Shown here one piece after another: positions 37,429 through 45,194 of a DNA stretch of 53,384 bases. The position numbers and the translations under genes are program-made. Source of the stretch: a virus (taxonomy: Duplodnaviria > Caudoviricetes); the IMG/VR virus record IMGVR_UViG_3300030104_001707, positions 1-53,384 of that record. One strand, given 5' to 3'. The notes under the pieces are model-generated. The model made no database searches. It was given only the letters and a program-made list of their open reading frames with translations, and was not told the DNA's origin. Position 1 is the stretch's first letter. Every line of letters begins with the position of its first letter.

Positions 37429-37755
37429 ATGCTAGATATAACTCAAGAAGCAAAAGAATATCTTTGTAGTATTACAAAAGAAAATAATAGAGAGTATATA
37501 GCTTTTGGAGTAAAGGGTGGAGGATGTTCAGGATTTTCATACATATGGGATTTTTCTGATGGTCCTCTTAAAGAAGATGAGCTAATAGATTTAGGTGAAG
37601 GAATATCACTTGTTGTTGATGGGATGAGCGTTATGTACACACTAGGAAGTAAAATAGATTACGTTAAAGAGTTAGGCGGTACATATTTAAAAGTATTAAA
37701 CCCTATGGCAGACAGCCAATGCGGTTGTGGAGAATCTTTTTCAGTTAGGATGTAA
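37429..37755 (+). CDS. iscA: A-type Fe-S cluster carrier (IscA/SufA/HesB family)
   Basis: GVKGGGCSGFSY, GSKIDY, NP and CGCGESF signature with all three Cys. Confidence 0.93.
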   Translation: MLDITQEAKEYLCSITKENNREYIAFGVKGGGCSGFSYIWDFSDGPLKEDELIDLGEGISLVVDGMSVMYTLGSKIDYVKELGGTYLKVLNPMADSQCGCGESFSVRM

Positions 37756-37758
37756 TTA

Positions 37759-37887
37759 ATGTCTTTGTATAAAAATATAAATAAAAGAAAGAAACAGGGA
37801 ATATCTCGTAGTAAAGCAAAAAGTACAATAAGCCCTAAAGCATATGCAAATATGAAAAAGGGGTTTCCAAAAAAGAAAAAAAAATAA
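37759..37887 (+). CDS. 42-aa basic peptide MSLYKNINKRKKQGISRSKAKSTISPKAYANMKKGFPKKKK (not in ORF track)
   Basis: Translated by hand; fills the gap between iscA and lysozyme. Confidence 0.7.
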   Translation: MSLYKNINKRKKQGISRSKAKSTISPKAYANMKKGFPKKKKK

Positions 37888-37901
37888 AGGTGTAATTAAA
37901 C

Positions 37902-38348
37902 GTGAGAAGAATGACTGATGAAGGGTTAGACCTTATTAAATTTTATGAAGGGTATTCCTCTTCTGCATACCTCTGCCCTGCCCAACATTGGACAATAGGC
38001 TATGGAGCTATTTGGGGAATGGATAATAAGAGAGTAACAGAGGATCATCCTGATATCAATGAAGATCAGGCAGACTATTTGTTAAGAAGAGATGTTAAGA
38101 AGTCGGAGATGGCAGTTCTCAGACATATAAGAGTTCCACTAGAGGATGGGCAGTTTAATGCCTTATGTTCATTTGTATTTAATTTAGGCAGTGGTGCGCT
38201 ACAAAGCAGTACATTAAGACGTAAAATTAATAAAGGAAATTACATTGGTGCATCTAATGAATTTAAGCGTTGGATATGGGCTGGAGGCAGAAAATTAAAA
38301 GGATTAATAAGAAGAAGGGAACATGAACGCTTGATGTTTCTTGGATGA
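37902..38348 (+). CDS. Endolysin, GH24 phage lysozyme
   Basis: IKFYEG...YLCPA..WTIGYG, QFNALCSFVFNLG, GLIRRREHE. Confidence 0.92.
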   Translation: MRRMTDEGLDLIKFYEGYSSSAYLCPAQHWTIGYGAIWGMDNKRVTEDHPDINEDQADYLLRRDVKKSEMAVLRHIRVPLEDGQFNALCSFVFNLGSGALQSSTLRRKINKGNYIGASNEFKRWIWAGGRKLKGLIRRREHERLMFLG

Positions 38349-38392
38349 GTTTAGCGATAACGCATAGACATTGGTATCCACCCTAGTAAAGG

Positions 38393-38674
38393 CTACTGTG
38401 TATTAGTAATAAATATCCTGAATAAACTTGTAGCAATAGTAGCTAGAGCAAAACTGTTTATTACCATTAATGCTCTGTCATTCCAAAGCATCCCTACAAT
38501 CATCCACCCTGCAATCCCTACGAAATGGAAATAAAGATTAACAGGGTAGATGTTGTTGGACGTAAGTAACATACCAACCATAAGAACTACACTAGAGAAC
38601 CACTTGATATACCAATCAAGGGTATACAGGGGGGTTTTGGTTACAATACTAGTTCCGTTGTGGTTGTCACTCAT
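38393..38674 (-). CDS. Small 3-TM membrane protein
   Basis: DWYIKW, IYPVNLYF, GW..VGMLWNDRAL; three hydrophobic segments. Confidence 0.75.
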   Translation of the reverse strand: MSDNHNGTSIVTKTPLYTLDWYIKWFSSVVLMVGMLLTSNNIYPVNLYFHFVGIAGWMIVGMLWNDRALMVINSFALATIATSLFRIFITNTQ

Positions 38675-38682
38675 GTTCTAAT

Positions 38683-38811
38683 TTATTCTTTACTCTTTTT
38701 TTCAGTCTTTGTTTTAGTCGGTTCACTACCAAAATCTACTATAGGATCAAAAGGCCACTCTTTAGCCCATTGAGCTTTATTTTTTTTCATTATATCAATT
38801 ACTGACTCCAT
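38683..38811 (-). CDS. 42-aa hypothetical peptide MESVIDIMKKNKAQWAKEWPFDP... (not in ORF track)
   Basis: Translated by hand; AGGAGG RBS. Confidence 0.6.
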   Translation of the reverse strand: MESVIDIMKKNKAQWAKEWPFDPIVDFGSEPTKTKTEKKSKE

Positions 38812-38946
38812 TTTTACCTCCTTTCTAAAAAAATGACCTCTGAGGATGCGCGAGAAATGCCCTCAAAGACCTCTTAATATAGGTATAGCCCAAAAAATAC
38901 CTACTTGCTCTGTATAAGGCTTAAAACGCTATATACAGGATTTTGC

Positions 38947-39327
38947 CTATTTTGAGTCATTTTTATTGCTAAAAGTAGTATCTGTTACCTCTCCAGTAGT
39001 TCCAGCATCCACCATACATAAAGAATTTATATCTTTAGGCATTATTACATTAGCAGACCATGTTCCTGTCTTTTTATTAAGATGAATTATAGTAACATGA
39101 CCTCTTTCTGATACACCTCTGAATACAATTCTTTCTTTATGTATACCTTCAATTATCCCAGCTGCTATCGGAAGAGGCTTACAAGTTATAGAACTTTTAG
39201 GTTGTGACCAAGCTATTGAGATATTCATACAAATTACAAATATAAGTATAAATATACAAGCAACAAAATAAGTATTACTAAAAATATCAAATTTAATTTT
39301 TTGTATAAGTTCTTTTATTAAATTCAT
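38947..39327 (-). CDS. Membrane-anchored or exported protein with a Cys pair
   Basis: N-terminal hydrophobic segment; C...GTWS...CMVDAG pattern; AGGAGG RBS. Confidence 0.7.
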   Translation of the reverse strand: MNLIKELIQKIKFDIFSNTYFVACIFILIFVICMNISIAWSQPKSSITCKPLPIAAGIIEGIHKERIVFRGVSERGHVTIIHLNKKTGTWSANVIMPKDINSLCMVDAGTTGEVTDTTFSNKNDSK

Positions 39328-39337
39328 TTTTACCTCC

Positions 39338-39784
39338 TTAATTTAAAAATATTCTTCGTTGATGTGCTTCTATATAATCTATTGCTCTTTTTAAAAAACT
39401 TGTATCATCGTCAAACCCACCCAATGCTCTATTGCATTTGTGACAGAGCCAACCTCTAAACGTATCTGTATCGTGACAATGATCTATAACCCATGATCCA
39501 TTTTTGGTGTTGCCTTTACCTTTAACAGCTTCAGCATCACCATTACAAATAGGACAGATATAACCTTCTTTAGGCATACCATATTCTTCTCTTAATCTGT
39601 CTCTTACTTTTTTCATTTCATTGTTGCAACTACGGCATTCTGCTCTTAGAAAGTTAGCACCAGAATGTCTGCCAAATTTAGATAAGGGAAGGTAAGTATC
39701 ACACTTAGTACAAACCTTACCTTCACCTGCACCTAAATCTTCATTTTCAAAAAGATTTTCCTCTTCAAAAAAATCAAGCTGCAT
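39338..39784 (-). CDS. Endonuclease VII-like (His-Me finger) nuclease
   Basis: CPIC, IDHCHDTDTFRGWLCHKCNRALG; extra N-terminal CxxC pairs. Confidence 0.88.
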   Translation of the reverse strand: MQLDFFEEENLFENEDLGAGEGKVCTKCDTYLPLSKFGRHSGANFLRAECRSCNNEMKKVRDRLREEYGMPKEGYICPICNGDAEAVKGKGNTKNGSWVIDHCHDTDTFRGWLCHKCNRALGGFDDDTSFLKRAIDYIEAHQRRIFLN

Positions 39785-39971
39785 TTTTCTTTATCCTTTT
39801 CAAGTGTATAAAGTACGCCTTGTTAAAACCACGTTCCCATTCTTTATATCTTGATGTACCATAAGAATAGGGATTTGTCAGATTTTCTACAAATCCTATC
39901 ATCCCTTCCTTATGTATTTTCTTTAGAGGATAAAAATCTCCACTATATACTCGTCTTTTCTTATACGCCAC
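39774..39971 (-). CDS. Small protein, possibly ribosome-modulation-factor-like fold
   Basis: NPY...RYKEWERGF pattern. Confidence 0.55.
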   Translation of the reverse strand: MAYKKRRVYSGDFYPLKKIHKEGMIGFVENLTNPYSYGTSRYKEWERGFNKAYFIHLKRIKKNAA

Positions 39972-41667
39972 AAACTCCTCCTGAATTTGTTATCTCACAA
40001 ATGTCATGTGTTTCAACGTGTTCATCAAACTCTTCACCTAACTTATCTACCGCTTCAGAATATGGCACTGTAGACAAAGGCTGACCACCTCTACTACCAT
40101 CAGGATAACAAGTAAATCCTCTTAATCTGTGAGCGTAGGATGCTAGGGTATTTGCAAAATTCTTAACTGTATCAGGGTTATTAAACTTTGTACCCCAAGC
40201 AGGTAAGTTAATAGTGGAACTGATGGACATATCAACATAGTCTTGAACATCTGCCTGAAATTTAATTCTTCTTTCGTAATCTTCTGCAAGATCCAATGCT
40301 GATTCAATACTCTCTGGATCAACACCATACAAATCAATTAATTCTTGAGCAGCACTGTCTATAACATATTGATACTTCCACCTAGTTCCACCAGTTAAGT
40401 ATCTCCGCTTGTATGCAACGGCAAAGATTGGTTCTATACCAGAAGAACTACCAGCAAGTATACTAATAGAGCCAGTTGGAGCAATAGCACGGTTCGCCAC
40501 TGGCCTAGATACGGATAACTCGTCTGCAAATCTTTTAGAAACGTCATCACTAATCCCTTTGTATACCGATAACCATCGGTGAAGATCGGTACTAACTTCA
40601 TATTTTTCTCCTCTTTTAATAAGCCACTCATGCATTCCCATAAGCCCAAGACCTAATCTTCTGTTCTTTTGCCTTACAGCATAAACTTTCGGATAAGGTA
40701 ATTCGGCTCTCAAGGTTCCGCATATTAAAAATTTAGTGGCTAAGTCTACTACATGGGCCAACTCTGATATCGACTCAATACGGCCCAAATTGATACTCCC
40801 CAAATTGCAAACATCACTGTCGTCAGCACTACATACCTCAGTACAGGCATTGCGTAAAGTTTCATCCTCATTCTCCATAAAATTAAAACTGAATCCTGGT
40901 TCTGCTGTTCGTAATGCCTGTTCAATATTCTTAACAAATATATCACCAACAGATCCAGTATTCCAATACTCTAACAACCAATTAGTATCATAATTAACAC
41001 TAATATTAGTCATATCTAAAGGAGCGCGAAAGTTAAAATCTTGCTCCTTAATTTGCTTAAAATTAAAACCAGTATTACCTACTGGCATTGTATCCCAATC
41101 CTTTGCTGTAAGGAAGTTGGGGATATCGTTGTGCTTCCAATGTAACGAAGCGTACATAGCAGATCTACGAGATCCACCCTGCATTACATTAGCACCTATG
41201 CTATTAATCATTTGCATCTTGGGGATTGGGCCAGAAGCAAGACCACCAGATCCTCCTAAAGTTCTACCTGACTCTCGATATACTGAATAGTCAATACCTA
41301 TACCTCCCCCTGTCATTAAACAGGATTCAGCTTTCCAACTGAGATTAGCCCAATCCTCTCTTGTATCCTCTTCAGCAGACAGTAGAAAACAATTATTATA
41401 AAAGCGTTTGTCTCTACCTGCATAGTATAAGTATCTGCCTCCAGGAACAAATTTTAGATCAGTTATATATTCTGCAAGTTGACTTCGTTCCTCTTTTCTC
41501 ATTAAGGCTTCTTCACCTGAACGATAGTTGCCACATACATCCTCAACTAAAACTTTAGCAAGTTGTTCCCAACTATCGCATCCAGTGTGTGCATATTTTA
41601 AATTAAATATATCTTCAGAAAACTTTGATCTGAACATAGGGTTCATGTTTGATTTAAATCTAGTCAT
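39961..41667 (-). CDS. nrdJ: Class II (adenosylcobalamin-dependent) ribonucleotide reductase
   Basis: PGGRYL, NNCF, RNACTE, CNLGSIN, IAPTGSIS, C-terminal Cys pair; no NrdB beta subunit in the genome. Confidence 0.85.
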   Translation of the reverse strand: MTRFKSNMNPMFRSKFSEDIFNLKYAHTGCDSWEQLAKVLVEDVCGNYRSGEEALMRKEERSQLAEYITDLKFVPGGRYLYYAGRDKRFYNNCFLLSAEEDTREDWANLSWKAESCLMTGGGIGIDYSVYRESGRTLGGSGGLASGPIPKMQMINSIGANVMQGGSRRSAMYASLHWKHNDIPNFLTAKDWDTMPVGNTGFNFKQIKEQDFNFRAPLDMTNISVNYDTNWLLEYWNTGSVGDIFVKNIEQALRTAEPGFSFNFMENEDETLRNACTEVCSADDSDVCNLGSINLGRIESISELAHVVDLATKFLICGTLRAELPYPKVYAVRQKNRRLGLGLMGMHEWLIKRGEKYEVSTDLHRWLSVYKGISDDVSKRFADELSVSRPVANRAIAPTGSISILAGSSSGIEPIFAVAYKRRYLTGGTRWKYQYVIDSAAQELIDLYGVDPESIESALDLAEDYERRIKFQADVQDYVDMSISSTINLPAWGTKFNNPDTVKNFANTLASYAHRLRGFTCYPDGSRGGQPLSTVPYSEAVDKLGEEFDEHVETHDICEITNSGGVCGV

Positions 41668-41833
41668 GTATATCTGCCTTCACTATAGAAATGTCTACAC
41701 CTTCAAAGTGATCTTCAAGAACCTCTTTGACATCATCAGGAAGAGTTTGAAGAAGACCATCTGCCCCATCTACAGGAACTATATGATGATCTTCTTCTAC
41801 CCTAACTTTTACTAATAAAATAAAACTATGCAT
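41660..41833 (-). CDS. 57-aa acidic protein MHSFILLVKVRVEEDHHIVPVDG... (not in ORF track)
   Basis: Translated by hand; TAATG coupling upstream; overlaps the RNR start. Confidence 0.7.
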   Translation of the reverse strand: MHSFILLVKVRVEEDHHIVPVDGADGLLQTLPDDVKEVLEDHFEGVDISIVKADIHD

Positions 41834-42069
41834 TAAAACCGAAATGTTCTACTACGCCATAAAGTAGTTGGTGTTAAACCATGACCTGATTTAGCTTCAG
41901 ATAATGATTTAAATGCATCAGATAAATTTTTACTAGCTTCTTCATATACTACCTTTGCAGATTCATATGCATCTTGAGCTTCATATACATCACCGTATTT
42001 AAGACGTTGCAGTTCATCTTGTTTTATTTTAATTTCATCTTCAAGAGTTTTAATCATTTCACTATCCAT
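41833..42069 (-). CDS. Coiled-coil hypothetical protein (78 aa)
   Basis: AAGGAG RBS; heptad pattern. Confidence 0.75.
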   Translation of the reverse strand: MDSEMIKTLEDEIKIKQDELQRLKYGDVYEAQDAYESAKVVYEEASKNLSDAFKSLSEAKSGHGLTPTTLWRSRTFRF

Positions 42070-42526
42070 CGTTTACTCCTTTCTCTATTAAGTCAGACAG
42101 ATCTGGTGGTAAGTGACCAGCAGGTTTTACAATCTTTCCATCATTTCTCACAGTTCCTTTTTCTAACTTTTCCATGTTATTACCGTGTACTCTTAGAAAA
42201 GCCTCATCTAAATACTTTAATTCTTTGTATCTCGATGCAAAACCAAATACAACATAGAGAACATCACATAACTCTTTCATCACCTTCTCTGGATTTATTT
42301 CATCGTCAGGTGAATGCATAGCATCTAGTTCTTCTATTAGTTCTTGATACTCCTCTGTCATGTTATTGACACAAAGCTGTAATCTTTTTTCGTTGTGTTC
42401 ATCTTTAATTTTTAAACTGTGACCTCTACTTTGAAATGGAACTTTATCATATATTGCTCTCATTGTCAAGGCATTTGTTACAGAATCTTGCCATTCATTT
42501 AAACATTCTTTATAATTAATCTGCAT
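42062..42526 (-). CDS. MazG-like / PRA-PH nucleotide pyrophosphohydrolase
   Basis: EEYQE...KELCDVLYV, VHGNNMEK, RNDGKIVKP. Confidence 0.85.
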   Translation of the reverse strand: MQINYKECLNEWQDSVTNALTMRAIYDKVPFQSRGHSLKIKDEHNEKRLQLCVNNMTEEYQELIEELDAMHSPDDEINPEKVMKELCDVLYVVFGFASRYKELKYLDEAFLRVHGNNMEKLEKGTVRNDGKIVKPAGHLPPDLSDLIEKGVNDG

Positions 42527-42836
42527 TAAATTTCCTCCCTCTTAATCTGTCTAACTCTTCCTGTGAATCTAATTCTTTAAATTCAGGTATATATACTTCA
42601 TCTATTAATTTATCTAAATACCATTTGGCTTTTTGTAAATCTTCTATAGGTTTACCTTTGTAATCAAAACGCCAGAGATACTTCATTATGTTTCCTTTTA
42701 AATAATGTTTAAAGTTATCTCCTGTAGTTGCTTTAATTGCATCTATACACTCTACACCATGTTGATTGTAATGCGGTGGATGATTTACCATGTCTTCAAT
42801 CGTAATGGTTTCCTCACCCATAGTTAATGTTACCAT
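42516..42836 (-). CDS. DUF3310-family (T7 gp1.7-like nucleotide kinase) protein
   Basis: DMVNHPPHY, ECIDAI, GNIMKYLWR, EDLQKAKWYL. Confidence 0.88.
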   Translation of the reverse strand: MVTLTMGEETITIEDMVNHPPHYNQHGVECIDAIKATTGDNFKHYLKGNIMKYLWRFDYKGKPIEDLQKAKWYLDKLIDEVYIPEFKELDSQEELDRLRGRKFNAD

Positions 42837-42858
42837 TATATAAATCCTCTTTTATCAA

Positions 42859-43161
42859 TTAATGTTTGGTTTGTGGTTTAAAATTTACATAAATTACGTT
42901 CTTTAACTTTTTTTTATCCTCCTCTGGTAGTTCTATGTCTTCTTTTTCATATCTTTTTTGTGCATCCTCAATAACACTTTTTACTAGTAGTAATAAAGAA
43001 TCACCGATATCGTTTATAACATGATGACGATCAGTATCATATACATCTTCAGTAGCAAAATCACCACAAGATATGTTAATACCTTCTCCATCATGTGTAA
43101 TAAATAAGCCAAACGTACAGTCAGGCACATTTATCATATGAGTTATTTCGCTTTTTGACAT
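42859..43161 (-). CDS. Hypothetical protein (100 aa)
   Basis: C-terminal NVIYVNF...KH motif; in operon. Confidence 0.7.
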   Translation of the reverse strand: MSKSEITHMINVPDCTFGLFITHDGEGINISCGDFATEDVYDTDRHHVINDIGDSLLLLVKSVIEDAQKRYEKEDIELPEEDKKKLKNVIYVNFKPQTKH

Positions 43162-43490
43162 GACATCTCCAAAAAATCTTTTGCGTAAACAACTGCTAGT
43201 GGTTCTTTGCGATTTGCTTTGATGATCACTAACGGCTTAGTTCCTTTAGTCATATGACTTTCAGCTTGAGATATAATGTCATATACAGCAAACTTTGCTC
43301 TTGACTTACACTCTACAGCCCAAGGCCATTTCTTTCTAGCAAGTGGGGATAAACTAATATCTGGACCGTTTACTCCCATCGGTGTAGATTTAATATCATC
43401 CTGTTCCACACCTTTTAGTCGAGATAAAAGTAAATCCCTCACCCACTGTTGTAGTAGTCTCCCTTTGTTTTTAGCTGACGCTGGTTTCAT
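43143..43490 (-). CDS. Holliday junction resolvase-like PD-(D/E)xK nuclease
   Basis: SAKNKGRLLQQWV, STPMGVNGPDI, VECK; start taken at MKPASAK. Confidence 0.8.
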   Translation of the reverse strand: MKPASAKNKGRLLQQWVRDLLLSRLKGVEQDDIKSTPMGVNGPDISLSPLARKKWPWAVECKSRAKFAVYDIISQAESHMTKGTKPLVIIKANRKEPLAVVYAKDFLEMSCQKAK

Positions 43491-44340
43491 ATCGCCTAGC
43501 CATTTGAGTATAGTATTCATAGTTTCCTGCTTTTGATACAGGGTTTTTAGCGTACTTTAAATCCTTCCAACAAGAAAACTTATAGTCACAAAACGTACAA
43601 GGCATCTGTAATTTTCTGTTACCAGTAGTGCGCTTATAGTATGTTTCTACAGCATCGTCATATAGTCTTTCAAAGTGAGCATCCTCAGTGGTCTTGGATA
43701 CCTGCAATGCTTTCTGCTCAATCAAGTCTATATAGTAATCCTCATCTTCTGGATCAGCTTCTATAACTTTGATCTCCCCTGTACCTTTGTTTACTACAAT
43801 CCATCCACCAGCTTTTACACCTTCAGCCCTAGCATATCCAAACAACTGACAGCAATAACCAAAGTCATCCTGTTTCTTTAGTTGCTCGTAGGATGCAAAG
43901 CGTTTGTCATATGACCAAGAACTAGCACTCTTAATATCCCAAACACTTTTATCACCTAACTGTATAACTAAGTCAAGTTCCCCATATAAATCTCCTGCCT
44001 TAGTAGATAACTTAACTTTCTTATTCATATCAGTTATCTCTATTCCTGCTGACAAAAGAAGGGCAACAGCTAAAACTTCAGTCATATCACCGTAAGCCAT
44101 CATGATCTTAAAGTGATTTGGCTTGTCTGCCTCTTTCCATCCTAACTTTGATGCCTGTAATTGACACATAGGTTTGCCAATCTGAGACATGGATGGAAGT
44201 CCATTACTGCTACCTAACTTTTTATAATTAAACCTTGACAGCTTCTCATTAAACATCTGACTAGCTGTAAAAATTATACTTTTAGGTATCTCTGGACCTC
44301 CAGACAGAAACAAGTCTAGCTTTGTTTGAAGATTATTCAT
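43471..44340 (-). CDS. PD-(D/E)xK exonuclease, Cas4/RecB-like
   Basis: GELDL, WDIKSAS, QLFGY; N-terminal Cys plus C-terminal CTFCDYKFSC. Confidence 0.85.
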   Translation of the reverse strand: MNNLQTKLDLFLSGGPEIPKSIIFTASQMFNEKLSRFNYKKLGSSNGLPSMSQIGKPMCQLQASKLGWKEADKPNHFKIMMAYGDMTEVLAVALLLSAGIEITDMNKKVKLSTKAGDLYGELDLVIQLGDKSVWDIKSASSWSYDKRFASYEQLKKQDDFGYCCQLFGYARAEGVKAGGWIVVNKGTGEIKVIEADPEDEDYYIDLIEQKALQVSKTTEDAHFERLYDDAVETYYKRTTGNRKLQMPCTFCDYKFSCWKDLKYAKNPVSKAGNYEYYTQMARRYETSVS

Positions 44341-45139
44341 CGTCTACTGATTCTATAAATTCAGCACCAACACTGCCGTTACCTATATTCTCTCTCATTC
44401 TTTCGGTAACATCTTCATTCTCTTTTTGTATAACCTGTTGAAATGTAAGCAAATTTGCTTCATCATCTTTAGATACTTTAATTTTATTATCAACTATAGG
44501 TTTGTAATTAAGAACGAACCACTGATTAGATCCTCGCTTCTCAACTTTAAAGTCTATGCCAAGCTCATAGTTAAAGTGCTTTAGCTTTTGCTTTTCAAGT
44601 TCACCAACAACTTTACCTATTTCGTAAAAATTAGATGGGCCAAGACGCATACGGAATGGTATTGGATCAAACTCTACTGGCTCTGATCCAGGTTTTACTG
44701 CATCATTCATTCTAATCATGCCAAACAAATGTCTATACAATTTTGTTCGACTAGCTTTTGCATATGCTACAGGATCTGAAGCCTTGAGTTTTTCTTTTTG
44801 TCTGGATGGCATCCAGCCACATTTATTTCCACCAAACCAATCAATAGCTTTGTCAGCAAATCTGATAAAGTGCTGAGACATATTTGCATATTCCTCTGCA
44901 TCACTGTCAAATACAGAAGTCTGCATGGTTGTTGCAAAGACACGAACAGCAACGTCCTTGCCAAACACAGGGCCATGATCAGGATGCTCAAGTCTTATTG
45001 ATGGTACTGGTACACTAGCCATCTCTTCACCAAAGAATGCATCTCTATTTATTGATGCTCTAGGTATTTGTGGGCCAGTGTCTTCTGGCACTACGAAAAG
45101 ATTCGTAGATTGATTAAAGTCTAATTCAACTAACGACAT
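44333..45139 (-). CDS. Putative single-stranded DNA-binding protein
   Basis: Between polymerase and exonuclease, own promoter, acidic C-terminus; GGNKCG motif. Confidence 0.6.
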   Translation of the reverse strand: MSLVELDFNQSTNLFVVPEDTGPQIPRASINRDAFFGEEMASVPVPSIRLEHPDHGPVFGKDVAVRVFATTMQTSVFDSDAEEYANMSQHFIRFADKAIDWFGGNKCGWMPSRQKEKLKASDPVAYAKASRTKLYRHLFGMIRMNDAVKPGSEPVEFDPIPFRMRLGPSNFYEIGKVVGELEKQKLKHFNYELGIDFKVEKRGSNQWFVLNYKPIVDNKIKVSKDDEANLLTFQQVIQKENEDVTERMRENIGNGSVGAEFIESVDDE

Positions 45140-45165
45140 TTTTTTCTCCTTTCAAATGTATAATG

Positions 45166-45194
45166 CTTATAACACATTAATTTTGATTTGTCAA
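45166..45194 (-). promoter_or_regulatory. Sigma70 promoter upstream of the SSB gene
   Basis: TTGACA-N17-TATAAG with TGTG extension. Confidence 0.7.

Noticed and set aside
3172-38348. Numerous antisense and alternate-frame ORFs in the track within the + arm (e.g. 4563-5024, 8677-8913, 22124-22513)
   Set aside because: They shadow well-supported genes, lack RBSs and have composition explained by the sense-strand codons
43471-44340. CRISPR-Cas system suggested by a Cas4-like nuclease
   Set aside because: No repeat-spacer array or other cas genes; solo Cas4-like exonucleases are ordinary in phage replication modules
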